A DNA stretch of 64,000 nt from a virus (lineage: Duplodnaviria; Caudoviricetes): IMG/VR virus record IMGVR_UViG_3300036784_000146, positions 64,001 through 128,000 of that record. One strand, given 5' to 3'. The first letter of the stretch is position 1. Every line of letters begins with the position of its first letter. The notes beneath the pieces were generated by a model, which saw only the letters and a list, made by a program, of their open reading frames with translations, did not search any database and was not told the DNA's origin. The position numbers and the translations under genes were made by a program. Positions 54,078 through 63,833 of this stretch are shown here, piece after piece.

Positions 54078-54320
54078 ATGGGGGATAAGCGGCCCAGCGT
54101 CCGTACGCTGCCCGACGGCTACCGGGTGACTCACCATCCGAGTGGCAAGCAGGTCTTGCTGCCCGGGCAGAGTCGCCTGCGTCAACGGATGCTGGCCGCC
54201 CATCCCGCGCACCGCAAGGCACGACAGCAGCAGCACGATCGACATCACGAGCTGGTAGACCGTAAGCGAGCCAGCCTGGCCGCCCATCCCGCCGTCCCAC
54301 CCAGCAAGAGGTGCTGTTAG
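54078..54320 (+). CDS. Basic hypothetical protein
   Basis: Abuts neighbours at both ends. Confidence 0.5.
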   Translation: MGDKRPSVRTLPDGYRVTHHPSGKQVLLPGQSRLRQRMLAAHPAHRKARQQQHDRHHELVDRKRASLAAHPAVPPSKRCC

Positions 54321-55339
54321 TGACCCGTCCCAGAAACATTCGTTCGATTCTGGGCACTGACGCGGGGGACAAGTTCTTGAGCCACCCCGCCAGCGCCAAC
54401 GACCTGTATCGCTCGCTGGTGGGTCATCCGATGCGCGACAGCATCGACATTGCGTGCGGCGGCGAACGCACACCGGAGAAGCCCTGGGACGTCTTCGACC
54501 CCATGCCCGAGATCGAGTCGAGCATGACCTACGTCAAGAGCGAACGGGTCGGCCGCCAGGTCGTCGACGACGATGACTTCTTCGACTCGCGCGACTTCAC
54601 CCCCGGCGTGGGCTACCCCAGCTGCTGCCGGGCGCTGGCCCGCATCGCCAAGATCTGCTTCGACGTCAACGGCTACTACCGACGGCTGGGGCTGCAGCCG
54701 TCGGCCACCAAGCAACAGATCCGGCGCGCGTTGGCCACGCTGTACCGGCGCTATCACCCCGACACCGGCTGGTCGCGCGACACCGAGGAGTTCCAGTACC
54801 TGCGCGAGATCGCGGCCGTGCTGCTCAACGAGAGGCGGCGCGAGCGCTACGACAAGCTGGCGCGCGGCGAGAAGTGGCTGGACTCCCGGGTGCGTTCGCA
54901 GCTGAACATGAACGACCCGATCGTGGTCGACCACATCCAGAAGTGCGACGAGCAGCAGGCGCGCATGGCGGCCGCCAACAAGTTCTCCCGGGTGCGCATC
55001 GACGAGGAGGAGATCGTCAAGGAGGGTCATCTCGGGGACGGCGGGATCTTCCGCTCCGATCGCCAGCAGGCGATGAAGGGTGCCGACGTCGACTCCGGCA
55101 ACGACCACTACGACTGGTTCTCCGACGGCGAGCGCTACGGCGACCGGGCCCGTGCTCAACTCTGGTACCACTACATCGTGAAGGTGGCCCCGATCTTCCG
55201 CTTCACCAGGCCGATGCGGGTATGGCTGACCGAGGGCGAGCCCGAGTGGTCCGAGATTGGCGGCATCCTAAGAATCCCAAGAAGCTGGCCGATTGGCAGC
55301 GCGGAGGCTTTCGCTCTCTTTACCTGCGTGGTAGTGTGA
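54320..55339 (+). CDS. J-domain (DnaJ-like) protein
   Basis: YYRRLGL...IRRA...YHPD...F..L....VL....R..YD. Confidence 0.85.
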   Translation: MTRPRNIRSILGTDAGDKFLSHPASANDLYRSLVGHPMRDSIDIACGGERTPEKPWDVFDPMPEIESSMTYVKSERVGRQVVDDDDFFDSRDFTPGVGYPSCCRALARIAKICFDVNGYYRRLGLQPSATKQQIRRALATLYRRYHPDTGWSRDTEEFQYLREIAAVLLNERRRERYDKLARGEKWLDSRVRSQLNMNDPIVVDHIQKCDEQQARMAAANKFSRVRIDEEEIVKEGHLGDGGIFRSDRQQAMKGADVDSGNDHYDWFSDGERYGDRARAQLWYHYIVKVAPIFRFTRPMRVWLTEGEPEWSEIGGILRIPRSWPIGSAEAFALFTCVVV

Positions 55340-55426
55340 CCTCTCAGCCGGGGATCTTACCCACAACAACTTCAACGCTATTGATTCTCCCGGCAGCCCG
55401 AGAAAACTGACAAAAGGAAAACGAAA

Positions 55427-56584
55427 ATGCTGACCGGTTTCGGCGCGCTTCAAGACGTCATGAAAGACACTGCTTCCCGAGGTAATTTCGGAGGCAAGCT
55501 CGATTACTTCAACATCGATGACGGCGAGCGTGTTGTCGTCCGCTTTTTGACCGACGACATTATCACCGCAGATTTCGCCGAGCGTGTTCGTACCGCTGAC
55601 GGCAAATTCCAGGACTTCGTCATTCCCGACCCGTCCAACAACCTGGTGACCCGCTATATGCAGCCCGGCGCCTGGGACGGCAAGCTGAAGAAAAAGACCA
55701 TCGGCGTGGCCGTAGTCCGCGAGCAGCAGCTGGTTCCCTCGCAGGACCTCACCGACCCCAACGCCCGACCGACCTACAACGTGGTCGACAAGATCGTCAC
55801 CCGCGACGACGGCCTGCAGGCCCGCATCTTCTTGTGCGTCAAGCAGGCCCACCAGAACTTCTGGGACCAGCTGGTCGGCTTCTTCGGGCTCTACAACACC
55901 ATCACTGACCGTGACTACGTCATCGTGCGCCAAGGCAAGCGACTGGACACCAAGTATCGCATCGGCCCGCTGGACCCCGCCCCCAACGACCCGCTGCGCG
56001 ACCCCAAGGTCGTCGCTCAGACCTACGGCTACGGGCGCCCGTGGGACAACGAGGCCCAGGATCGGTTCATGTGGTGCCCTAAGACGCTCAAGGAGTGGTA
56101 CGACGACTACGGCTCGGAGAGCCGCATTCAGCACTTCCTGGTGGGTACGCCTCAAGCGCAGGGCCAGGCTCAACCGGCCGCCCAGGCTCCGCAGCAGCAG
56201 TGGGCTCAGGCACCCGTGGCACCTCCTCAGGGCTATGCTCCGCCGCAACCGGCGGCGTCGGGTTACGGTCCGGCGTTCTCCGCCGGTGTGCCCCAACAGG
56301 CGCCTCCGCCGCAGCAACCGCCCGCCCAGTACAACGTCACGGCGGCCAGCCAGGGCCAGGACCCGTGGGGCACTCCCGGTCAGGCTCCGGCCCAACCGGC
56401 CCCCAACGGACCCATCGGTGAGTTCCATCCGGCCACCACGCAGAACCCGGTCCAGCCTCCGGCTGTCCCGCCCGTTGCTCCGCCGCCCGCACAAGCTCAG
56501 GTGGCACCGGCCGAGGACAGCGACTTCTCGGCGCTGCGTGCACGCATGCAGGGCTACGCGCGTCCGGATCAGCAGACCACCTAA
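55427..56584 (+). CDS. ssDNA-binding protein (gp32-like) with P/Q/A-rich tail
   Basis: VVRFLTD..RDYVIVRQG..DTKY; located before the polymerase. Confidence 0.7.
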   Translation: MLTGFGALQDVMKDTASRGNFGGKLDYFNIDDGERVVVRFLTDDIITADFAERVRTADGKFQDFVIPDPSNNLVTRYMQPGAWDGKLKKKTIGVAVVREQQLVPSQDLTDPNARPTYNVVDKIVTRDDGLQARIFLCVKQAHQNFWDQLVGFFGLYNTITDRDYVIVRQGKRLDTKYRIGPLDPAPNDPLRDPKVVAQTYGYGRPWDNEAQDRFMWCPKTLKEWYDDYGSESRIQHFLVGTPQAQGQAQPAAQAPQQQWAQAPVAPPQGYAPPQPAASGYGPAFSAGVPQQAPPPQQPPAQYNVTAASQGQDPWGTPGQAPAQPAPNGPIGEFHPATTQNPVQPPAVPPVAPPPAQAQVAPAEDSDFSALRARMQGYARPDQQTT

Positions 56585-56599
56585 TTCCGCTTTCCCCAC

Positions 56600-59500
56600 A
56601 TGGAAATGGTGGCGGACCCCCGGGCGTTTGGGGAAGCGCCTGGGGCATCCGCAAGCAATCAGTGTGGTTTCCATAACCACAGCGAAGGTTCCTTCCTCGA
56701 CGGCTTTTCTCGGGTGGCTCAGATCGCCCGGCGGGCCAAGGAGCTGGGTCAAAGCGCGGTCGCACTGACCGATCACGGCGAGGTCAACCAGCACTTGGCG
56801 TTCCAGAAAGCCTGCCAGGCCGAGGGCGTCAAGCCGATCTTCGGGATGGAGGGGTATTGGGCGGCCGACATCCAGGCGGCGAGAGACCAGAGCCTGCTGC
56901 AGCGCGACTTCATGAGCCACATTTGCCTGATCGCCCAGAACGACGTGGGCCTGAAAAACCTGTGGGCGCTCTCCTCCACCGCCTACGATCCGAAGTACTT
57001 CTACCGCAAGCCTTTAGCGGACTTGGACCTGCTACGGCAGCATTCCGAAGGGCTGTACGCGAGCGACGGCTGCATCATGACCATGCTCGGCAAGGCGGTG
57101 AAGTCCGGCGATGACGACGCCGCCCGGCAATATCTGGCCAGCTTGCACTCCGTCTACGGCGACAGGTTCTATGTCGAGCTGCACACCTGGCAGTACATGG
57201 AGCGCGGCGACGAAGAGGTGATGTGGGAGGGCCAGCCGATCACCACCGCGCAGGCCAGCCAGCTGATGACCGACCTCAATCAGGCCAAAGTCAGATTCGC
57301 CACCGAGATGGGCATTCCCATGGTGGTGGTCAACGACGCCCACCACGCCTATCCGCAGCACTGGCGCTACAAGGAGCTGGTCTGGGGCTTCAAGAGCGAG
57401 TCCAATCCCGACCAGGCCGAGGGTAAGGGCCAAAAGGCCGACCACATGATGGGCGACGACGAGCTGGTCTTCTGGATGGACCGGCACGGCATCTCTGCCG
57501 ACGTGGTGCGCACGGCCATCGACTACTCCGGCCAGGTGGCCGACACCTGTGACGTCGAGATCAAACCCATGCTGGGCATGCCGCTGTTTGGCAAATCGGA
57601 GGCCGATGACTTCTCGCTCTTTCTGGACCTTGTGGAACGAGGGTTCAAAGACAAAGTTGAGCGAGGTGGACTCAACCGGGAAACCTACTTCGCCCGTATG
57701 GAGTCTGAAGTCTCCCTCATCGCCGAGAAGCGATTCGCCGGTTATTTCCTCATCGTGCACGATTACGTCCAGGCGGCACGGCAAGGCACGTGGGCCCAGT
57801 ACGTCACCGGAGGACCCCCCGAGCCGATGTTGATCGGGCCCGGCCGAGGAAGCGCCGGAGGCTCCCTGGTGGCCTGGCTGCTGGGTATCACCAGCATCGA
57901 TCCGATCAAGTATGGGCTGTTGTTCGAGCGCTTCCTGATCCGCGAGCGCAAGGGCTTCCCCGACATCGACATCGACTTCCCGCGCTCCAAGCGCGCGGGC
58001 ATCAAGGAGTATGTCAAGCACCGCTGGGGCCACGACCATGTGTGCTCGATCTGCACGATGAGCCGCAACCGGGCCCGAGGCACTATCAAGGACCTGGGCC
58101 GGATGCTTGACATCGAGTACAAGGACCTCGAAACGATCGGGAAGCTGGTCGAGCGGTTCGTGGCTGCCGAGGTCGAGGAGGAGGAGTCGGCCGAGGACAG
58201 CGACGAGAGGCCTTGGGCCGAGATTGTCGCCGATCACAGCAAGGAGCTGGCGCCGCACGTGGCCAAGCACCCTGAGCTGTTCCGCGATGCGAACGATCTG
58301 ATCGGCGTCATCCGCCAGACCGGCGTGCACGCGGCGGCCGTGCTGATCACCCCGAAGGACAAGCCGCTGCGCGACGTGCTGCCGACGCGGATCAAGAACG
58401 GCACCCTGACCACCCAGTTCGACATGTACGACGTCGAGGACCTGGGCGGACTGAAGGGCGACTTCCTGGCGCTGCGCCACCTCGACGCGCTGCAGATCGC
58501 CGCTGACGCGATCAAAGAGCGTCATGGCGTGGTGCTCGACTATGAGAACTTCAGCGAGATTCACTACGAGGACCCGGCCATCTGGGCCCAGATCGATGAA
58601 GGGCAGACCGTTGGCATCTTCCAGCTTGGTACTCCTGGTGGTACCGACTCGGCAATCGAGTTCCGGCCACGCTCTATGGTTGACGTCGCCGACCTCATCT
58701 CCATCAACCGCCCAGGCGTCCGAGATGCTGGCCTCTATCACGCGTATCTGCGCCGACGCGCTGGCGTTGAGGAGGTCACTTACCAGCACCCGATGATGGA
58801 GTCGATCACCAAGGACACCTTCGGAATTTTGGTCTATCAGGAGCAGCTGATGCAGACCGCCGTCGAGCTGGCGGGCTTTACCCTCTCGGAGTCTGATGCG
58901 CTGCGTAAGGCGGTCGGCAAGAAGATCATGGCCGACGTGCTGGCCATGAAGGACAAGTTCGTCCAGGGTTGTATGGCCTCGCAGGCTTATATGTCGGCGT
59001 TGGTCGTGAAACCCTCGGCCGCGAAAGAAATTGCCGAAACGATCTGGGCGTCGATCGAGGCGTCCGGCCGGTACTGCTTCAACAAGAGCCACGCCATCGG
59101 CTACGCGCTGATCTCCACCCAGGAGATCTGGGTCAAGCACTACTACCCGGCCGAGTTCCTACTGGGCTGCCTGCAGGTCGACGAAGCCAAACGCAACCGC
59201 TTCATCCGCGATGCGCGCCGCCGGGGCATCGAGATCCTGCCGCCGGACATCAACCTCAGCGGCATGACGTTCAGCCTGCACGGCAACACCATCCGCTACG
59301 GCCTGGACTCGGTGATGAAAGTCGGCGGGGTGGCGGCCGAGGCGATCGTGGCCGCGCAGCCCTACACCTCCCTCGACGACTACCTGAACCGGGCCAAGAA
59401 GGGGGCCTACAAGGCCTCAGCGGTCAACCTGGCGATGATCGGGGCCCTGGACTGCTTGGGAGACCGTGGGTGGATCCTGAAGCAGATGGAGCGGCACTGG

Positions 59501-60028
59501 ATCATCAAGGAGGTCGCACCTCGCAAGCGGGCCACCCTCACCGACGCCCAGAAAGACGAGATCGTCGCCGCCAAGCTGGCCAATTCCGAGAAGTTCCACA
59601 TCCCGGTGCCCGACTTCTCCGACGAGGACGTGCTCTACGGGATCGAGCAGGAGCTGGTCGGTTCGTTCGTCACCATCGATCCGATGGGCAAGTACGTGCG
59701 GGCCATCGAGGGCGAGGCCATCAAGAACCCGGCCGCGCTGCGCCGGTACCTCCCCGGCCAGAAGCTGGTCATCGGCGGGGAGATCATTAAGGCGCGCGCG
59801 CACGTGGTCAAGAAGGGCCGCAACGCCGGGGCTCTGATGGCGTTCCTGGGCGTGGAGTGGCAGGGCGACGTCTACGACATCGTGGTGTTCCCCCGGGCCT
59901 TCGAGCAGTACAAGGACTACCTGGACGTCGGCAAGCCGGTGCTGGCGGTCTGCGAGCGCCTCGACGACGGTGTGTGCCTGAGCAAGTTATTCCGGCTGGA
60001 CCGGATCTGGAACGAATATGGCAACTAG
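56600..60028 (+). CDS. dnaE: DNA polymerase III alpha subunit
   Basis: HNHSEGSFLDG and LTDHG (PHP), GPGRGSAGGS, PDIDIDF, YQEQLM, FNKSHA, C-terminal OB-fold; no intein seen. Confidence 0.97.
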   Translation: MEMVADPRAFGEAPGASASNQCGFHNHSEGSFLDGFSRVAQIARRAKELGQSAVALTDHGEVNQHLAFQKACQAEGVKPIFGMEGYWAADIQAARDQSLLQRDFMSHICLIAQNDVGLKNLWALSSTAYDPKYFYRKPLADLDLLRQHSEGLYASDGCIMTMLGKAVKSGDDDAARQYLASLHSVYGDRFYVELHTWQYMERGDEEVMWEGQPITTAQASQLMTDLNQAKVRFATEMGIPMVVVNDAHHAYPQHWRYKELVWGFKSESNPDQAEGKGQKADHMMGDDELVFWMDRHGISADVVRTAIDYSGQVADTCDVEIKPMLGMPLFGKSEADDFSLFLDLVERGFKDKVERGGLNRETYFARMESEVSLIAEKRFAGYFLIVHDYVQAARQGTWAQYVTGGPPEPMLIGPGRGSAGGSLVAWLLGITSIDPIKYGLLFERFLIRERKGFPDIDIDFPRSKRAGIKEYVKHRWGHDHVCSICTMSRNRARGTIKDLGRMLDIEYKDLETIGKLVERFVAAEVEEEESAEDSDERPWAEIVADHSKELAPHVAKHPELFRDANDLIGVIRQTGVHAAAVLITPKDKPLRDVLPTRIKNGTLTTQFDMYDVEDLGGLKGDFLALRHLDALQIAADAIKERHGVVLDYENFSEIHYEDPAIWAQIDEGQTVGIFQLGTPGGTDSAIEFRPRSMVDVADLISINRPGVRDAGLYHAYLRRRAGVEEVTYQHPMMESITKDTFGILVYQEQLMQTAVELAGFTLSESDALRKAVGKKIMADVLAMKDKFVQGCMASQAYMSALVVKPSAAKEIAETIWASIEASGRYCFNKSHAIGYALISTQEIWVKHYYPAEFLLGCLQVDEAKRNRFIRDARRRGIEILPPDINLSGMTFSLHGNTIRYGLDSVMKVGGVAAEAIVAAQPYTSLDDYLNRAKKGAYKASAVNLAMIGALDCLGDRGWILKQMERHWIIKEVAPRKRATLTDAQKDEIVAAKLANSEKFHIPVPDFSDEDVLYGIEQELVGSFVTIDPMGKYVRAIEGEAIKNPAALRRYLPGQKLVIGGEIIKARAHVVKKGRNAGALMAFLGVEWQGDVYDIVVFPRAFEQYKDYLDVGKPVLAVCERLDDGVCLSKLFRLDRIWNEYGN

Positions 60029-60206
60029 GGCAGAAGTGCAGGCGTTGGGAATCGTGTTGTCGGATGCCGTACTGAATACGACAGGATTTCAGCCTTCCAC
60101 TCAAACGTGCAACGAATTTGCGATGAAGATATTGGCCGAAGCTAAAGTGGCAAGGGAAGAGATTGTCTTTAGAATAGGAGACACGCGTGCCGAAAACACC
60201 GGCTGA
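60018..60206 (+). CDS. Hypothetical protein
   Basis: Fills the gap with overlaps; lower GC. Confidence 0.5.
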   Translation: MATRAEVQALGIVLSDAVLNTTGFQPSTQTCNEFAMKILAEAKVAREEIVFRIGDTRAENTG

Positions 60207-61296
60207 GAAATTGGCCGAAAGAATGCAGGAGAAGTTCGGCCAAAAGTCAGTAATGATGGCGGCACAGATGCCGCGTTACCCCAAGATCTCTACCGGCTCG
60301 TTGGCCTTGGACTTCGCCACCGGCGTGGGCGGCTGGCCGAGTGACCGCTATGTCGAAGTGTTCGGAGCGGAGTCCTGCGGCAAAACCACGCTGGGCCTGA
60401 TCGGCATGAAGAACTTCCTCGACGCCCAACCCAAGCGCGGCGCGGTCATCCTGGACACCGAGCACAAGATGGACCTCGACTGGGCTCGGGTCATCACCGG
60501 CGCCGACCACATGTCCAAGCGGATCATCTACTTGCAGCCCGACTCCATCGAGGACGCCACCGAGATGTACAAGGAGTGCGTCTCCGACGGGTCGATCGCC
60601 TACGTGCTCTTCGACTCGATCGCCTCGGCGCAGACCCGCAAGAGCGTGACCACCGAGAAAGACGAGATGACCGGCAACGCCAAGGCGATGGCCCGGTTCG
60701 CTCCGATCATGGCCAGCTTCTCCGCCAAGTACCAGTGCTGCACGTTCGCGGTCAACCAGACCCGAGACGACATCGAGGGCTTCCACCGAATCATCACGCC
60801 GGGCGGCCGGGCCCCCAAGCACGCCGCGATCATGCGGGTGTACCTGAAGAAGGCCAAGGGCGAGGTGTACGAGACGCTCAACGGCGAGAAGGTCAAGATC
60901 GGCCACACCGTGGCGGCCAAGGTCGTCAAGAACCAGGCCGGGGGCATCGAGGGGCGCACCTGCCAGTACTGGTTCTTCAACGTCCACACCGAGCAATGGG
61001 GCTTCGGTGTCGACCAGGTCGAGGAGATCGCCCGGCTGTCGGCATTGACCGGCGCCATCGAGCGCAAGGGCGCCTGGTACTACCACGAGCAGCTGCCGGA
61101 CGGAAAGATCTGCGGTGCCGACCAGTTCGCCGTCTACGTCAAGCAGAACGAGGTGCTGCGCACCGAGCTGACCACCGCGATCATGGCCCGGCTCAAGGAC
61201 CACGGCAACGAGGTGGCCCCGATCGGCAACCCCGAGGAACTCGACGACATGCCCGTCGGCGAGCTGTTCCGACAATCGGTATTTCAGGAGGGCTGA
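60187..61296 (+). CDS. recA: RecA-like recombinase
   Basis: ISTGSLALD, GAESCGKTT, DSIA, NQTR, TPGGRA, KVVKN, GAWY. Confidence 0.95.
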   Translation: MPKTPAEKLAERMQEKFGQKSVMMAAQMPRYPKISTGSLALDFATGVGGWPSDRYVEVFGAESCGKTTLGLIGMKNFLDAQPKRGAVILDTEHKMDLDWARVITGADHMSKRIIYLQPDSIEDATEMYKECVSDGSIAYVLFDSIASAQTRKSVTTEKDEMTGNAKAMARFAPIMASFSAKYQCCTFAVNQTRDDIEGFHRIITPGGRAPKHAAIMRVYLKKAKGEVYETLNGEKVKIGHTVAAKVVKNQAGGIEGRTCQYWFFNVHTEQWGFGVDQVEEIARLSALTGAIERKGAWYYHEQLPDGKICGADQFAVYVKQNEVLRTELTTAIMARLKDHGNEVAPIGNPEELDDMPVGELFRQSVFQEG

Positions 61297-61775
61297 TGGA
61301 GGCATGGCAAGAGTTCGAGCGCGACATACAGCACCGGCTGGGGCTGGACTCCACCCCGGCCAGCGGGTCGCAGTTCTACGCGCCGGGGGACGCCGTCGAC
61401 AATCGGCACCTGCGCCAGTCACGGTTCGCCCTGCTGGCCGACTGCAAGGTCACCGAGAAGGGCTCCTTCACCCTTAACCGCCAGTTCCTGGCTCACCAGG
61501 TGGAGGGTGCCATCGAGCTGGGCAAGCGGTTCATCCTGCCACTGCGGTTCTGGCATCACGGCGCCGTGCGGCCAGAGGACTACGTGCTGTCCACCCTCGA
61601 CGACTTCGACGAGCTGGTGGAGAACCGGCGCACCAGTCACGCCCACCAGCTGGCTGATATCGATCAGGTCATCACCGAGATCGAGATGGGTTTCCCGATG
61701 GAGGGCCTGGACACCGTGCAGGACATGGCCCGGGTGATCCGTTCGATCCTCAACGACTACAAGGTCTCGGCGTGA
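61296..61775 (+). CDS. PD-(D/E)xK nuclease, Holliday-junction-resolvase-like
   Basis: FER..TPASGS..GDAVD..ADCK.T. Confidence 0.65.
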   Translation: MEAWQEFERDIQHRLGLDSTPASGSQFYAPGDAVDNRHLRQSRFALLADCKVTEKGSFTLNRQFLAHQVEGAIELGKRFILPLRFWHHGAVRPEDYVLSTLDDFDELVENRRTSHAHQLADIDQVITEIEMGFPMEGLDTVQDMARVIRSILNDYKVSA

Positions 61776-62146
61776 CGCACGTACTGCTGGTGACCGGCTC
61801 GCGAGAGTGGACAGATCGTCGTCGGCTGGTTTCGGTATTGATTCGGGAGCGTGCGGAGCATCCCGATCTGGTGGTGCGTCACGGCAAGGCCAAGCGCGGC
61901 GCCGACGATATGACCCGGCAGTGGTGCGAGGACAACGGCGTTCCGCAGGATCCCATGCCTGCCGACTGGAACCGTGGCCTGGCTGCCGGGTTCGCGCGCA
62001 ATACCGACATGGTCGAGAAGGAACCGCAGCCCTACCGCTGTCACGCGTTCATCGTTGTCAACCGCTCGCCAGGCACTATGGACTGCGCCAAGAAGGCGGG
62101 GAGGGCCGGGATCTATGTGCAGAGGCACAAAGTGAAGTGCCCGTGA
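61772..62146 (+). CDS. SLOG-family protein (DUF2493/YspA-like)
   Basis: LLVTGSREW..HG.AKRGAD..PADW..AG..RN..M..SPGT. Confidence 0.85.
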   Translation: MTHVLLVTGSREWTDRRRLVSVLIRERAEHPDLVVRHGKAKRGADDMTRQWCEDNGVPQDPMPADWNRGLAAGFARNTDMVEKEPQPYRCHAFIVVNRSPGTMDCAKKAGRAGIYVQRHKVKCP

Positions 62147-62325
62147 GCAATATTGTTTGGCCCCGGCGTCCCGATCTATGCAACAAGGATGGCAGGGACT
62201 GTCGCAAGCTAGAGGACCATCGGTTTCGGTTCACCGACGCCGACGGCAACGAGATCGGCTGGCTGTTCGTCACCGGCGACTACGGCTTCATGCTCAAGGG
62301 CATCGACGTGGAGGAAGTGACGTGA
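62143..62325 (+). CDS. Hypothetical protein
   Basis: GTGA overlaps. Confidence 0.55.
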   Translation: MSNIVWPRRPDLCNKDGRDCRKLEDHRFRFTDADGNEIGWLFVTGDYGFMLKGIDVEEVT

Positions 62326-63047
62326 CGGCGTTCGACAACATCCTCAACAGCCTGGCCCGCCAGGACCTCATCCTGCCGTACTTCGAGAACGCGATGCGCA
62401 GCGCCGAGGATCCCTACTACGGCCGGGGCGACGGATACTTCCATCCGTCGACGCATCCGCTGATGGACGAGCGTTTGCTCTACTACCTGTTCCACCCGCG
62501 CACCCAGAAGTGGCTCGTCGACGAGCAGTACGACCTGCAGCGCGAGATGACGGTTTCGGTTGGCCACAGCCTTCACGAGGTGGTGCAGCGCCAGATGCTG
62601 GGAACTGGGCTGGTGAAGGAGGAGAACATCGAGAAGCTCTTCACCATGCCCGAGCACAACGTGCGCGGCAAGATTGACATGATTGTCGATCACCCGGTCC
62701 GGGGGCCGATCGTGGTGGAGATCAAGACGCGTACGCACTACAAGTTTGGCAAGACCAACGAGCCGCTGCCGGAGTGGGACGCCCAGCTTTCGATCCAGCT
62801 AGACAGCCAGGGTTTGGAGTTGGGTGTGGTGCTGATGGTGGAGACCGGCTATCCGTTTCGGGTCAAGGAGCTTCAGGTCCAGCGCAACGATGCGCTACTG
62901 AGTGAGATCTACGCCAAGTTCGACCGGGTGAGGGCGGATATCGCGCTCAACCGTCTACCGATCCCGTGCTGTGCACCCAACAGCGCCCGCGTCACCGGCT
63001 GCCCGGCCCGCTTCGCTTGCTGGCACAACCCCGAGGGCCCGCAGTGA
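62322..63047 (+). CDS. Cas4/RecB-like exonuclease
   Basis: G.SLHE, RGKID, VEIKT, QL, C-terminal Cys cluster. Confidence 0.8.
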   Translation: MTAFDNILNSLARQDLILPYFENAMRSAEDPYYGRGDGYFHPSTHPLMDERLLYYLFHPRTQKWLVDEQYDLQREMTVSVGHSLHEVVQRQMLGTGLVKEENIEKLFTMPEHNVRGKIDMIVDHPVRGPIVVEIKTRTHYKFGKTNEPLPEWDAQLSIQLDSQGLELGVVLMVETGYPFRVKELQVQRNDALLSEIYAKFDRVRADIALNRLPIPCCAPNSARVTGCPARFACWHNPEGPQ

Positions 63048-63421
63048 GCTGGACTATCCCGGCCGGGCGCCGGGACAAATTGGGCAATCCGCTGCTGCAC
63101 GAACAGACCCTTACCATTTGGCCAAACGGTATCTGGGTGGATACCGAATTGGCCGAATTGTTGACGCTCTTGTGGGACCAAGGCCTGAAGACCCGGCTGT
63201 CGTGTCAGGGTGAGGACGAGCCCCACCCGGTGCACGGCCGGATCCCGGCCTACATCGTGTTCGCCGACGAGGACAGTGCTCAACGATTCCTCGACGGTAG
63301 TGATGTGGGGCCTACCATTGTGGTGGTTAACCGGTGCGGTGAGTTCAGAGCCGAGTGGTTACCACAAGACACCCAGGCGATCACCCAGGCGTGGAAGGAC
63401 CGCAGTGAGCAACCCCAGTAA
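63044..63421 (+). CDS. Hypothetical protein (T..SCQG family)
   Basis: VD..LA.LL..LW..G.KT..SCQG..AYIVF. Confidence 0.6.
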   Translation: MSWTIPAGRRDKLGNPLLHEQTLTIWPNGIWVDTELAELLTLLWDQGLKTRLSCQGEDEPHPVHGRIPAYIVFADEDSAQRFLDGSDVGPTIVVVNRCGEFRAEWLPQDTQAITQAWKDRSEQPQ

Positions 63422-63773
63422 AAGGAAGGGCACCGCCTTCGAGGTCGTGGTTTCCAACGGACTCAACGAAGAGTGGGACGACAGGATTGAGCGCCGGGCG
63501 CTCGCGGGTATCAAGGATCGGGGCGACGTCTCCAACTTCCGCGTCGGCGCCCAGCGGGTAGTCGTCGAGTGCAAGGCCGAGCGTGCGATCGATCTTGCCG
63601 GGTGGGTGACCGAGGCCGAGAAAGAGGCTGCTAACGACGGTGCGCTGTGCGGTATCGTGGTGGCCAAGCGTCGGGGGAAGGCTACCTTCGGAGACCAGTA
63701 CGCGATCATGACGGTGAGCACTTTGCTCAAACTGTTACGTGCCGCCGGACAAGATATACCCCTCCCTTCATGA
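63405..63773 (+). CDS. Holliday junction resolvase (Hjc-like)
   Basis: SKRKGTAFE..DRGD..VVECKAE..W..EA..EA. Confidence 0.82.
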   Translation: MSNPSKRKGTAFEVVVSNGLNEEWDDRIERRALAGIKDRGDVSNFRVGAQRVVVECKAERAIDLAGWVTEAEKEAANDGALCGIVVAKRRGKATFGDQYAIMTVSTLLKLLRAAGQDIPLPS

Positions 63774-63833
63774 CAAGCGTGTTATCTTGAGCAGTATCAG
63801 CAACTAGGGCCCGGGGGCGGAAGGTTACAGGGT

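Noticed and set aside
56600-61296. Inteins or introns in dnaE or recA
   Set aside because: Lengths and motif spacing are normal; no splicing or homing-endonuclease motifs seen
62322-63047. Cas4-like gene as a CRISPR-Cas system
   Set aside because: Solo Cas4-like nucleases are common in phages; no cas1/cas2 or array is present
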